Origin: Mobula hypostoma
Taxonomy: Eukaryota
NCBI RefSeq assembly: GCF_963921235.1
Contig: NC_086120.1
Location: forward strand, 17,670,001 to 17,734,000
Length of the DNA stretch: 64,000 bases
Direction: 5' to 3'
The position numbers and the translations under genes are program-made. Of the stretch, positions 48,048 through 60,487 are shown one piece after another. The number at the start of each line of letters is the position of its first letter. Positions within the stretch are counted from its first letter, which is position 1. The notes beneath the pieces were generated by a model. It did no database searches. It was not told the origin of the DNA and saw nothing but the letters and a program-made list of their open reading frames with translations.

Positions 48048-50859
48048 ATTACTGGATTTCCATGTTAATCTAGGAAGGTGGATTGAGAATATTTAAATAA
48101 AATAAAAATTATATGCTTAAGAAGTTCCTTTCCAAATAGTTTCAGATTTCTTCTTCAATTCATTAGTTGAGATGTCCAGAACATCTCTTACTCATCAGCT
48201 GATATTTTGGGCATCGCTAGCTGATATTTTGGGTAATGTTATCCAAATTAATTTCTCATCCACCCCTCCCCACTGCTAGTCCCAGAATGAGTCAGTCACC
48301 CCAGGAGATACTGGGGTTCGCTCAGCCTCCTGCCTTGGACATGTATACTGGAAGATTTCAGTGGTGCTGAAGTACTGTATGGCAGGGCTTTCCCACTGAT
48401 GTCAAGACCTTGAGGTTCCACCCCTCCCCCCATCCCCCATGGCATGGTGAACAACTAACTGCATGGGCAGGAGGATACCCAGGTGTTGGCTAGCATGATG
48501 GTTGGCAAGGCACTCCACCAACCTCACCAGAGATGAAGGTAAACTATACTAGTTACCCCAGTAATCACCTGACTATGGTCCAAATACTGGACTCTCATCA
48601 GAGATGTTTCTTGCTGGTGTCTTTGAAGAAACTTGCACAAATTCCTTACTTTTCCCTACTCTTGATTCCGATTTAATCACACTAATTTTTATAAGTTTAG
48701 GATCAAAGAATTTAAGCCAATTGGACTTTAACCAAGTTATTTCTAGCTCATGCACAGTCAGACTTTACAGTACCTTGGGATTAAGTAGATATGGTGCTAT
48801 TTTTGCTTGTGTACTTAATGCTTCATGTGTCAAGAGTAAATATATCTCCACTTGTATATAGTTTACTAACTGGTCAGCAATGGATTGCTGTTGAGTCACA
48901 CTAAATTAACCGTGATCCACGGAAAATTGACCCACACTCTAAAGATCACGTTTACATCATTGTTATATTAGCGACATTGGATAAAGCCACTGTATACATT
49001 CACTAGATTGTAGACCCACTTTCCTGATGAATTACCAATAAACCTACTGCCACAAAACTGTTGGCATTGGGTCACTAAAGGCCAGTCATATAGATTGGCT
49101 AATCTCTGCCTTAGCTTCTGTTCTACAGTTAGATATTCATTTTGTGTACTGCATCTTTGCATTTGAGAAACTCAGACAGTGACAGCCTGTGAAACGGAAA
49201 CACTATATTGATAAACTCCAGCCTTGCTACGGAGACCCAGGTTCGTGGTGACTGTTCCTTGAGATAGGAGATCCTGAAAACACCAAGAGTCACCTTGTCC
49301 ATAGGTGTCTGTGAACAGGTTTAGCTCAAGCCTGCCTCCTTAGGTCTCCAGGGCTAGAATGTCAAATTAAATGTTGGGTTTATGCAGATTTGAGTGAATA
49401 TAATGTGAGATGCATAGTAGTTATCAAAACCAGAAGTGAAGGTTATGTAATATTGCCATCATCTTTCTAAAAATTGTGGACTTAGGAACCTACACAACCT
49501 TTTATAATAGGAAGACAAAATTTAAGCCAATTCATGGAAAATCAGCAAGGTGAGATTTGTTTTTGTTTATGCTACAAGATCTGGACTGCATTGCTAAAAA
49601 GGTGGGAGATAAATACAAAAGCTAAATTATAGGCTATGTGGAAGGAGCAGGGTTGTTGAACTAATTGAGTAACTGGCTCAGGTACAACAGCCTTAATGAG
49701 TCCCTTTAATATACTATCCTTCACCTACTCAAGATTTCCTAAAAAGCTCAGAACCAATTAAAAACTTCCGAGTAACAATCGGTATAAGAAACATAGTTGA
49801 TGGCTTCTGCTTAGATAGGTAATCCAATAATAGTTTTTGACTGTGGGCAAGGACTGATCAAGACAATTCAGCCTTTATGATATCAACATGCTTCAAAACT
49901 GTTTGCATTATGAATTATTTTCAAACTATCTGATTGACATCTGGTGTTTGGGAATTAATACTGAAAGCATGTTTCTACTAGCTGGCAATTGATATCGAGA
50001 GGTCACTGACAGTCTTATCTGAAGGAATCAGGTTGGTGTTATATGTAATATAATGTTATTTAGTCTAATGAACAGGGATGACATAATTTTAGAGAAATTG
50101 ATATTTGAAATAAATCTCACAAATTAACTTACTTGGCAAAAATCTGGACATGAAAGTAAATAGTTACAAGGAACAGATATGACTTGCCACCTTTACTAAT
50201 TGGCCTAGCAGAGCAGCTCCCTGTCTACATTCTGCTTCTGAGTCATTCCCAAATGCATAATTAATTTATCAGAGTGTTGGCAGTTATCTTGTAAAAAAAA
50301 TAAACATATGATTTTGCATTACAAAGCCAGATCTTAACTCACTTGACATAGAAATTCTAAATTCCATTGGTGTAACACAAGATACCTCTGCCATCATGTG
50401 CTGCTATGATAAAAACAAATCCTGAACTCCAACAATAACAGCTTCAATACGATGACAGGATTCATGATAAAAACAGATCTGGCCTCAAATGATTATTTTC
50501 TCTGCCTCTCCTTGAATTTTCTGTGTATTGAATAGCCATTCTTTATATGGGTGAAAGCATACATGAACTCATTGTGAACTGAACAGCATTTTTAGCAAGA
50601 GCACTTGTGTGGCGTGATAACAGGATTGAGTGTAAACAGATCTAGTGTAGATGGGTACTTAATGGAAGGCATGGACATGATGGGCAGCTAGGTCTGTAGG
50701 TGACTCAACCTAACTCTCTTCTTGAGTCAGAGGCCACCTGGGTCATTGAAGCACACACTTCCTCAGTGTAGAACCATGAACTGAGCACAGACCAAAAATA
50801 TACTGGAACTTTCAGTTACCCAGTGACTTAAAACTTCCAGTGATCAGAAGGCCTTATCA

Positions 50860-51545
50860 GTCACTGAAAGCAAGCATGCAAGTACAGCAGGCAGTGAAGA
50901 AAGCTAATGGCATGCTGGCCTTTATAACAAGGGGAATTAGGTATAAGAGCAAGAGGTCCTTCTGCAGCTGTACAGGGCCCTGGTGAGACCCACCTGGAGT
51001 ACTGTGTGCAGTTTTGGTCTCCAAATTTGAGGAAGGACATTCTTGCTATTGAGGGAGTGTGGCGTAGGTTCACAAGGTTAATTCCCGGGATGGCAGGACT
51101 GTCATATGTCAAAAGATTGGAGTGACTGGGCTTGTATACCCTGGAATTTAGAAGGCTGAGCGGGGATCTTATTGAAACATATAAGATTATTAAGGGATTG
51201 GACACGCTGGAGGCAGGAAGCATGTTCCCGCTGATGGGTGAGTCCAGAACCAGAGACCACAGTTTAAGAATAAGGGGTAGGCCATTTAGAACGGAGTTGA
51301 GGAAAAACTTTTTCACCCAGAGAGTGGTGGATATATCGAATGCTCTGCCCCAGAAAGCTGTGGAGGCCAAGACTCTGGATGCTTTCAAGAAAGAGATGGA
51401 TAGAGCTCTTAAAGATAGTGGAATCAAAGGTTATGGGGATAAGGCAGGAACTGGATACTCAAGTGGATGATCAGCCATGATCACAGTGAATGGCGGTGCT
51501 GGCTCAAAGGGCCGAATGGCCTACTCCTGCACCTATTGTCTATTA
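50860..51545 (+). mobile_element. CR1 LINE 3' fragment
   Basis: LEFRRLSGDLIETYKII..FFTQRVV, ending CCTACTCCTGCACCTATTGTCTAT. Related to the 40556 element. Confidence 0.9.
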
Positions 51546-51699
51546 ACTGCAGCAGGGAACAATCTGGTCCTGAGGTTGGGTTCCTCCTGCACTCACTTGG
51601 GCTTAGTCAATTGGGAATCTTTTCAGTGTTGATAGATTAATGCTACACACTGTTGGGGAATTGACCCACAAAACCATTAGGGTTCAAGGCTTCTCGAGT

Positions 51700-54330
51700 T
51701 ATTCTGTATTTAAACTCTTCAGAGGCTTTTGGGAGAATGAGGTGATAGTCAGGAGCTGCAGGGAGGTAGTCACCCCTAGACTGCAGGAGACAGGTAACTG
51801 GGTGACTGTCAGGAGGAGAGGAAATGAACAGCCAGTGCAGAGTACCCCTGTGGCCATTCCCCTCAATAATAAGTATACCAGTTTGGATACTATTGAGAGG
51901 GACGACCTACCGGGTGGTGGCGGGGGAGTGGAGGGTGCTATAGTGACTGAGTCTGGTGACATAGCTCAGAAGATCAGAGAGGTGAAGAGGACTACAGTGT
52001 TGATAGGAGATTCCTTAGTCAGAGGAACAGAGACGAGGTTCTCTGGCTGCGATAGAGACACCCAGATGGTGTGTTGCCTCCCTGGTGCCAGGATCAGGGA
52101 TGTCTCGGATTGGGTCCATGGTATATTCAAGGGAGGAGGTAAGCAGCCAGGTGTTTTGGTACATATTTGTACCAATGGCATAAGTAAATGAGGTAGAGTA
52201 GGAAGCTGTTGAATCATTGTGGATAGAGCTGAGGAACTGCAAGGGTAAAAAGACCCTGACAGGAGTTATATACTGAACCCCAAACAGTAGTAAGGATATG
52301 ATCTACAAATTACAACTGGAGATAGAAAATGCTTGCCAAAAGGGCAATGTTACAATAGTCATGGGGGACTTCAATGTGCAGATCGATTGGAAAAATCAGG
52401 TTGGTTGGTGCTGGATTCCAAGAGGGGTAATATTTCTAGAATGCCTACAAGATGGCTTTCTACAGCAGCTCGTGGTTGAGCCCACTAGGGGATCAGCTAT
52501 TCTGAATTTGATCACCCTGAAATTTGAGAAGTTAGAGTCAGTATTACAGTGGAGTACAAGGAATTACAGTCATGAGAGAGGAGTTGGTCAGAAATAATTG
52601 GAAAACACTGGCAGGGATGACACCAGAGCAGCAGTGGCTAGAATATCTGGGACCAATGCAGAAGGCGCAGGATACCCCAGAGGAGAAAAATTCTGAAGGC
52701 AGGATGACAGAACTGTGGCTAACAAGGGAAGTCAAAGCCTACATAAAAGCCAGAGGGCATATAATTAGTGGGAAGTTGGAGGACTGGGAAGCTTTTAAAA
52801 ACCACCAGAAGGAAACTAAGAGTCATTAAGAAGGTGAAGATGGTATATAAAATAAGCTAGCCAATAATATTAAAGAGGATACCAAAAGATTCTTCCAAGA
52901 CTTGAAGTGTAAAAGAGAGATGCGAGTGGATATCAGACCACTGGAAAATTATGCGGGAGAAGTAGTAATACAGGACAGGGAAATGGCAGACAATCTGAAT
53001 AAGCATTTTGCATCAGTCTTCACTGTGGAAGAGAATAGCAGTATGTTGAAAGTTCTAGGTGTCGGGGGTCATGAAGTGTGTTGTTACCATTATTACAGAG
53101 AAGTTTCTTGGGAAACTGAAGGGTCTGAAGGTAGATAAATTATCTGGACCTGATGGTGTACACCCCAGGGTTCTGAAAGAGGTAGCTGAAGAGATTGTGG
53201 AGGCATTAGTAATCATATTTCAAGATTCACCTGATTCTGGAATGGATCCAGACTGGAAAATTGCAAATGTCACTCCATTCTTTAAGAAGGAAGAGGCAGA
53301 AGAAAGGAAGTTATAGGCCTGTTAGTCTGACCTCAGTGTTTGGGAAGTTGTTGGGAATCGATGGTTAATGATGCGATTTCAGGGTACTTGGAGGAATGTT
53401 AGTATGGTTTCCTCAAAGGAAAATCTTGCCTGACAAATCTGTTGCAATTCTTTGAAAATATAACAAGTGGAATCAATTGATGTGTACTTGCATTTTCAGG
53501 CCTCTGACAAGGTGCCACACAATAGGTTGTTTACTCCAAACCCATGGTATTACAGATAAGATTCTAGCATGTTTAAGGCATTAGCCGATTGGTAGGAGGA
53601 AAATAGTGGGAATAAAGGGAACCTTTGCTGGTTAGCTGCCAGTGACCATTAGTGTTCTACATGGGTCTGATTCTTTTTACGTTATATGTCAATGACTTGG
53701 ATAATGGAATTGATTTCTTTATTGCAAAGTTTACAGACAATACAAAGATAGGTGGAGGGGTAGGTAGTTTAGAGGAAGTAGAGGCCAGGGATGTAATATT
53801 GAGACTTTATAAAGTACTGATAAAGCTTCATTTGAGGTATTGTGAGCACTTTTGGGGCCCTTATCTTAGATGTGCTCAAACTGTAGAGGATTCATAGGAA
53901 GTTCATGTAAATGATTCCAGAATTGAACAGCTTACCAGATGAATGGCATTTGATGCTCTGGGCCTGTATTCACAGGAAGTGTGACTTAATTGAAACCCAT
54001 CAAATGGTGAAAGGCCTTGCTAGAGTGCATATGGAGAGGATGTTTCTTATGGTGGGACAGTCTAAGATCAGATGATGGCCTTGGTACAGAGGAACATCCA
54101 TTTAGAACACAGATGATACATTTCTTTAAACAGAGTGGTGAATCTCTACAGTTCACTGCTATGTTCGTGATTGATTAGGCATGAAGCAATAGTGGGGTGG
54201 CATGAAGAAGAGGGCAGGGGAAGAGAGCAGGAGATTGGGGCTGAGGAAAATTGGATCAGCCATGATGAAATGGCAGAGCAGACTCGATAGACCAAAAGGC
54301 CTAATTCTGCTCCTACATCTTATGGGATAT
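51700..54330 (+). mobile_element. Long decayed CR1 including ORF1 (SGNH esterase-like), EN and RT remnants
   Basis: IGDSLVRG..CCLPGARIRDV..VHICTN (ORF1), VMGDFN (EN) and GPDGVHPRVLKE (RT). Many deletions and stops. Confidence 0.85.
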
Positions 54331-55784
54331 TGCCTTTCATCCTCTGCCCAGTCCACTTCACGAGTCACCTCGCACGTCAGCCATCCTTCAAGTTGTTCCA
54401 ACTATCAATCATGCTCTGTAATAAGACACTTTCACTTTAAATGCCTGCTCTTGTAAATTCAGCCCATTGCCTTGGCTCAACCAATTAAAGCAATTCAAAT
54501 GGAGGAGTAATCACCAGTTCACTGGGGAAAGACCCCAGTTGAAGAGATTGTGAGTGGGAGTAGTAAGAGGGGAGCTGTGGGTGACTATCTAATCAATAAT
54601 TACATCTGGAAATATTTTTGACTCATTATCAACTTTCATTGCCTTTTACAACCAGTCAAAACTAGTTTTGAATTTTCCAGAGCTCCTCAGAAATAGATTA
54701 CTTGTTAAAAGGCTACTTACCCTATCAGTTAAGTGTTAGTTACATAGGTAGCAGAGCCCACAGTCGCACAATAGATTTTAGGCTGGTGGCTATGAAGCAG
54801 GCCTCTGCCTACCCACCAGCTTTTATTTTCTGAATGTTGCCCTAAACATGGAAGTAGCTAGAAATTAAGCACAGCCATTTGTTCTAAACATTGTGTTATT
54901 TACATCACAGTGCCCCAATGTCCTAAAATTTACTGCAATGAAATACATATCACAGTATCTTGCCACTGCTGAAGTAGAGTGCAGGGACACCTACCCACAC
55001 AAAATGCTGGAGGAACTCAGCAGGTCAGGCAGCATCTATGACAAAGTAAACAATCAACATTGAGAAGTCAGAGTAAGAAGGTGGAGTCTTGATGAGTCAA
55101 GAACAGCCATTTCTCATCAGAAACTCCAGAAAATGCTCTACTTAGCAGCTCAAACAGGGTCTGTTGAGTTAATGCTCCTCTGAAACATTGTTTCATTCTC
55201 CAGCTTCTGTCCAACCCTTTGAAGCTTTCCATTTTCCCGTTTCTACCTCATTTCAGAATGTTTTAGATTTTAATTGAAGTAGTGAGCGGGAAAAGTATAA
55301 AATTAGTGAAGGACACTTTAAAAAGCAGACAAAGCAAATAATTTAATCTGGAGAGAAATGAGACAACTGATAGACAGTTTAAGGGAAGTGGTGTATTACC
55401 TCCATCTTAAACTTGAATGCTGAAGCGTTAAATGTTAAAACAATGAACTTAAAACAGCTGAACATGAAATTTGCCAAGAACAAACAGAATAGGAGATAAA
55501 AGACAGCACCTACACCCCACACAATTGACATCCAGCACTGGGTGCAGGACACTCAAATTTTGTGGAAAATGGAGTATATTGCTTCCAACACATACTTCTA
55601 CACTAGAAATTACCCCGTGGTCCCCATCACTATATACATTTGAGCCAATCTTTAACCAGTCTCTTCTCATCAAATGTGAAGGGTAAAATTTGGACCTGCA
55701 GTTCTTAAGAGGAACATCATTGAACATCACAAGTACAACGGAAGACAGTTACACAGGTGGGCAAATACAACACTCCGTCAATAA

Positions 55785-56005
55785 AAGCAACACACATAAA
55801 AGTTGCTGGTGAACGCAGCAGGCCAGGCAGCATCTCTAGGAAGAGGTGCAGTCGACGTTTCGGCCGAGACCCTTTGTCCTGACGAAGGCTCTCGGCCTGA
55901 AACGTCGACTACACCTCTTCCTAGAGATGCTGCCTGGCCTGCTGCGTTCACCAGCAACTTTTATGTGTGTTGCTTGAATTTCCAGCATCTGCAGAATTCC
56001 TGTTG
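55785..56005. mobile_element. Young Penelope-like foldback element (~90-bp inverted arms)
   Basis: 13-bp TSD ACTCCGTCAATAA (55772-55784, 56006-56018). Arms ~55785-55873 and ~55884-55976 are near-perfect reverse complements. Confidence 0.85.
55876..55909 (+). ncRNA. Minimal type I hammerhead ribozyme motif
   Basis: GTC-CTGACGA-AGGC-TCTCG-GCCT-GAAAC-GTC-GAC: stem I GTC/GAC, core CUGANGA and GAAA, 4-bp stem II, palindromic ACGT in place of stem III, and a GUC cleavage triplet. Activity is untested. Confidence 0.65.
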
Positions 56006-56322
56006 ACTCCGTCAATAATATAGTTTACAATATTCATTATACAGGATTAACATTGAGTAAAAAGTAACCGAAAATCCCACATAAAAAATTATAAAGCTTC
56101 GAAAACTGCCTTCATAGGCAGATTGAAATAACTTAAACCATTTCCAATCTATATACAATCAACTAATCTAAGAGGATAAAGTTTCAGACAACTATTTACA
56201 ACTTCAACTTGATCTTCAAGTCTTCAGTACACCAACACCTGAAAGAAAGATTTGAAGGAAATTAAAATAGTGAAATAATCAATAATCAAAACCAGGAATC
56301 CAAAAAGTGAATCTGTAATTAC

Positions 56323-56405
56323 CTATGAATTCAGGATCCGATTTTGAATCTCTTCATACACTTGTAGATAGATTTCATCCCTCGACTTCAAACCATTCAG
56401 ATACA
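56323..56405 (-). CDS. NMRK2: Nicotinamide riboside kinase 2, coding exon 7 (last coding)
   Basis: Acceptor TTCTAG|TG. Encodes (V)YLNGLKSRDEIYLQVYEEIQNRILNS*, with stop TAG at 56325-56323. Confidence 0.9.
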
Positions 56406-56873
56406 CTAGAAATACATTTTTTTAAAAAAATTATAGCATTTACTCCATCCAACTTTGACAAGTCATACAAGACATTAGCCCAGCTGGTCTGACCAACCAA
56501 AACCATCTCCCCCCACACTAACATCCAGAAGCAGAACTGCAAGGAAACCAGCTAATGAGATCATCACTGGGACAATGAGCTGAGAGCTCCCAGCTCTGTA
56601 CAGAGCTGGAAAGCCAAGTGAGCCAATATGACAACTAGCTAAGCAGCAGGCTCACCTGAGCTCCTGAAGACAGAAAATCTGCAATTTCTAAGGAGGATGA
56701 AACTGACACAGAACAAAGCAAGTAAACTACAAGTGGGATCCTGAAGAGAAGGGAGATTTCAATCATCTCAGCTCTGGACATTTAATTCTTTATTATCAAA
56801 TACTGTTTTCAGCCAGTAGCAAAAACCTGCCACAATTAGAAACTGGTGTGGACCACATCTCCACTGCCATTTA

Positions 56874-56939
56874 ATTGGGTTGTGGCTGGCCTGACCCATA
56901 GCCCCACAGATTGGGTTGTGGCTGGCCTGACCCATAGCC
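56874..56939. repeat. Tandem duplication of a 30-bp unit (36-bp period) in NMRK2 intron 6
   Basis: ATTGGGTTGTGGCTGGCCTGACCCATAGCC at 56874 and 56910. Confidence 0.85.
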
Positions 56940-57271
56940 AACCCTCACCTCACCACCACACAGTCCACTTTCTGCAGAGTTCAAAACTCAAGCGGCTACG
57001 TATTCGAATCGACCTAGTGACCCCAATAGCTATAGTTCCCTGGGAAGGAAAATTTTAAGTCTTCCATGTTTTAAGTCACCGATTTCCTTCCCCAAATTCA
57101 ACTTCCTACATTTCAACACTCTCTGCTCCAACATCAACCTCTCATCTTGTTTTCAGCAAATTCACTTCTCCTTTCTTCAGAAGTCTGTGTAGGCCCTTCT
57201 ACTCACTGTTCCATCTATGGAGCAGCCCAGTTTAATTGCTAGCTTTTAATATGGAATGCAAGGACACCTAC

Positions 57272-57378
57272 CAACATCAATATTGTTGGCCTCCATCTCT
57301 TTCCTGTGCTTTAGATACATCGGCCACACATGGCCATCAAACAAGCCAGGAGGATCGGGAACTGTATAATTCCTTGTA
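57272..57378 (-). CDS. NMRK2: NMRK2 coding exon 6
   Basis: 107 bp, AG/GT flanked. Encodes (S)TRNYTVPDPPGLFDGHVWPMYLKHRKEMEANNIDV. Confidence 0.95.
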
Positions 57379-57470
57379 CTAGAAATGAACAGATTCAGTT
57401 AATGGCTGAATTTGTGTAGAGATTATTGCTTCATAAATTAACTGCACAGCAATACGAAGTAGCCATTTAC

Positions 57471-57542
57471 CTCCTCCTCCTCTTGCATTCTTCATACGGA
57501 AGGGACAAGTAGTAACGTCGACTAAACAGTGAAACCAAAGGC
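57471..57542 (-). CDS. NMRK2: NMRK2 coding exon 5
   Basis: 72 bp, AG/GT flanked. Encodes (R)PLVSLFSRRYYLSLPYEECKRRR. Confidence 0.93.
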
Positions 57543-58157
57543 CTGGATCAAGGAAGAAAATAACAGTTAATTGAAAAACTGGCAGAATTATTCTACCTAC
57601 AATTTGTATTTACACAATTACAAATCTGCATCCATATCACATGGCTTCCAACAAGACAAAATTGTAGATGTAACTTGGGCAAAATGTTTCCAATGCCAAT
57701 TCTGGGTACAGGAGTAATGAGTATAAAGGTTTGTGGCCAAAACAGATACATTTGTACACCTGAATTTAATTGGTAACACCAAAAGAATGTTATCTTTCTA
57801 AATGTTAAGTGTTAGAACAGATGACTTTGGGAATTGATTGTCATTTACAATCACTCTACATTTTAAAAATCACAAACCAATATACTGGCCAAATGTTATT
57901 GTTCAATGCCCCTAATCACCTCATTATTGCCAATAATAGGCTGGTAACCACAAATCACCCTGACATGATTCTACAGTCTGTGTGCTAGCCAGCAAATTTG
58001 TACTTTAGAGTCCTACTGGACACTTCCAGTTGGAGTACAAAACGGCCCACAGCCTCCATTATCTTTTACTGATATCCATGCAGCAGCATGAAAGTCTCAC
58101 AGCACTTTATAAACCCATCCTTCTCAAACTGAAAGAGGGAGTTCCAGAAAACTGCAC

Positions 58158-58335
58158 CTGTAGTTATACAACAGGAACCCTTCCACTATCAATATCTGCA
58201 CTCCTTTCTCTGGATCGCTGTGCTCATCGGAGGCTGGAGTGACGTTCACTCCGTGCGATCGGGCAAACTTTACTGGGTTGTCAATCCAGGCGTTGACAGT
58301 ACTCATCATTGCCTCCATGTCGAGGGCTGTGATCA
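58158..58335 (-). CDS. NMRK2: NMRK2 coding exon 4
   Basis: 178 bp, AG/GT flanked. Encodes (V)[41 protein letters not shown]. Confidence 0.95.
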
Positions 58336-58451
58336 CTGAAGGTCAAAGAAGAACCCAGCAGATTACTGCACGGACTAACACAAGGTTAAATAAATGTCAA
58401 CTAGTTCTTTGTTACAAAAATGTCACTGCCTACAACCAATACCATTCTTAC

Positions 58452-58500
58452 CATCCCATTGCTTAAATCCATCTTCCCCAACTTCTATTTGATCTGGTGT
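58452..58500 (-). CDS. NMRK2: NMRK2 coding exon 3
   Basis: 49 bp, CAG|..|GTAAG. Encodes TPDQIEVGEDGFKQWD. Confidence 0.93.
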
Positions 58501-59222
58501 CTGAAATAGTCATAAAAACAAGGCTACAAACATTTACAAGATGGGAATCACATCAATCTTTCAATTTGCTTGCCCAAAATCCCTGATTTTTTCTGGGACC
58601 ACAACTCCACTGTAAGCAAGACCTCCCCAATGGCCCTCAGTCAAGAGGCTGACATTGTGTTCAGAGGCTTTGCTTTCAGAGCATGGTTAATCACAAACTG
58701 CACTCATTGTGCAGCTCCCAGCAAAAACCATTTATGCAGCTCAATTCATGCATGGCAGATTCTTAACCACCCTTTTCCACATGACAAAATTTTGTACTTG
58801 AGAAATCAAAAGCCAATTAGATTATCCTGCCATCCACCAAATTTAGTCAAGGTAGATCAGAAACAGGTGCAACAATGCAACAGCTGTATTTTACCCAATT
58901 CAACCTACCCTGAGATGTACATTGAGTGAAATGTCCTGGAGCATTGCCAAATTATGTTACAAGCAAAGTGACAGATTAGTAGACTACCTAGTTACACAAT
59001 TGAAATGTAGGCACAAGTTCACCCATGTGTTATGTATGAATCAATTATAAACTTTCCCATACATTACAAATCATACATCAATTCATGGATTAAAAACTTT
59101 AACCAATGTAATCATGGCCAGACATTTCACTTTGTACACTTAGACTTTGGGCAATGTTAATTACTACTACAATAAACATGCATCTATCTTCCCGCAGAAA
59201 TAGAAAAAAATGTTACACTCAC

Positions 59223-59313
59223 CTTATAAAAGTCGTCTTGATGTACGACACAGCAATTTGGTAACACTCGACTAATTTTCTTCGTCAGAGTGGTTTTGCC
59301 ACCGTTGGTCACA
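59223..59313 (-). CDS. NMRK2: NMRK2 coding exon 2 (P-loop)
   Basis: 91 bp, CAG|..|GTGAG. Encodes (G)VTNGGKTTLTKKISRVLPNCCVVHQDDFYK. Confidence 0.95.
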
Positions 59314-60221
59314 CTGAAAAATCATTTTTTTAAAAAATCAATTGATAGAGCGAGACCATCGCCCGGAGTCCCACCATTAAATCCAAATGCTGGAGGAAGA
59401 TCCGAGATTAATTCAAACACTGAATTTTGACAAGAACGATAGTCCTGCAAGAACTTGAGAAGCGGCAGTTTAAACTTCCGTAATTGAGCAGTTCAGAAAA
59501 GGCGCCAAATTTAAACGCACATCAACTTCCACAAGTGGGTGACTTTTAAATTGTTCCTTCTAAAACAAGGGAGGGAAATCCCCCTATTTAATGTAATGAA
59601 AATGAATACAGACGAACTTACGGCGAGTTAACTTAATTAGCTTGTCCTTAAAATAATCCAGTCACCGACTGATTTACTGGTATCTACACAGAGGAAAATT
59701 CAAGTAATAGTTTGATGGAAGATTTTAAATAGGAATTTAAGTATATTGAATACCCTGAAATAACAGCATAGTTTCATAGAGAAGTAAAACTAGTTGATGG
59801 GTGCAATCACAAGGCGTGATACATGAACTTGGCGCCACAAGAAGCGGAGTTTGAGCGGGAGAATCAAACCCGGCAGCAGCGCGGGAAAAAAAACGGAAAC
59901 CAATTCTCACCCCCTCCTCAGACCCTTCAGGGAAAAGACCAGAGGACAGGCAAACCCCCAGACAAGTCTGACCTTGAGAGAGGTTCATTACTTCTTTTCA
60001 GAAGGAAACAATGCACCGCCGATGTATAACACCCACTGCGGTTAAACGTGGCTAATCATAGTCTCTTACCATCAATGTTATATTTAAATACACATTAAAT
60101 TAGATAAGTTGGCATTTAAAAGCATTTATCAATCGTGGAATTACTTTGTAACGTATGGCTTTTAAAAGTCCAATTAAAAATATTCATTTCACATCCCAAG
60201 AACTCAAATATTAGGCAAAAT

Positions 60222-60289
60222 AAGAGTTCGGCACGGACTAGAAGGGCCGAGATGGCCTGTTTCCGTGCTGTAATTGTTATATGGTTATA
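60222..60289 (+). mobile_element. Extremely 5'-truncated CR1 tail in NMRK2 intron 1
   Basis: Near-identical to 9564-9631. Confidence 0.8.
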
Positions 60290-60359
60290 AAATGTTTCAA
60301 CACAAGTTCAACATGTTTCTTTACCCTGCGGAGCGTAATGTGTTACCTGCAATACTTAC

Positions 60360-60385
60360 CCTCCGATACCTATGATATACTTCAT
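60360..60385 (-). CDS. NMRK2: NMRK2 coding exon 1
   Basis: ATG AAG TAT ATC ATA GGT ATC GGA GG|GTAAGT encodes MKYIIGIG(G). The seven exons total 606 nt (201 aa plus stop) with consistent phases. Confidence 0.92.
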
Positions 60386-60487
60386 ATTGCAATGTCGCTC
60401 GCCCGCCCGCGGCTGACTCCTACAACAAAAGACAGCACCACACTGACAGGTACTAGTTCATTCACAAATCGGGCGCCACTTGCTGCT

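Noticed and set aside
48575-48605. Minus-strand CTGATGA followed by a GTCC/GGAC stem as a hammerhead
   Set aside because: No GAAA box or cleavage triplet follows the stem.
56323-60385. Assignment as NMRK1 or uridine kinase
   Set aside because: Motifs [17 protein letters not shown] and RNYTVPDPPGLFDGHVWPMY follow the NMRK2 pattern as I recall it; a phylogeny would confirm.
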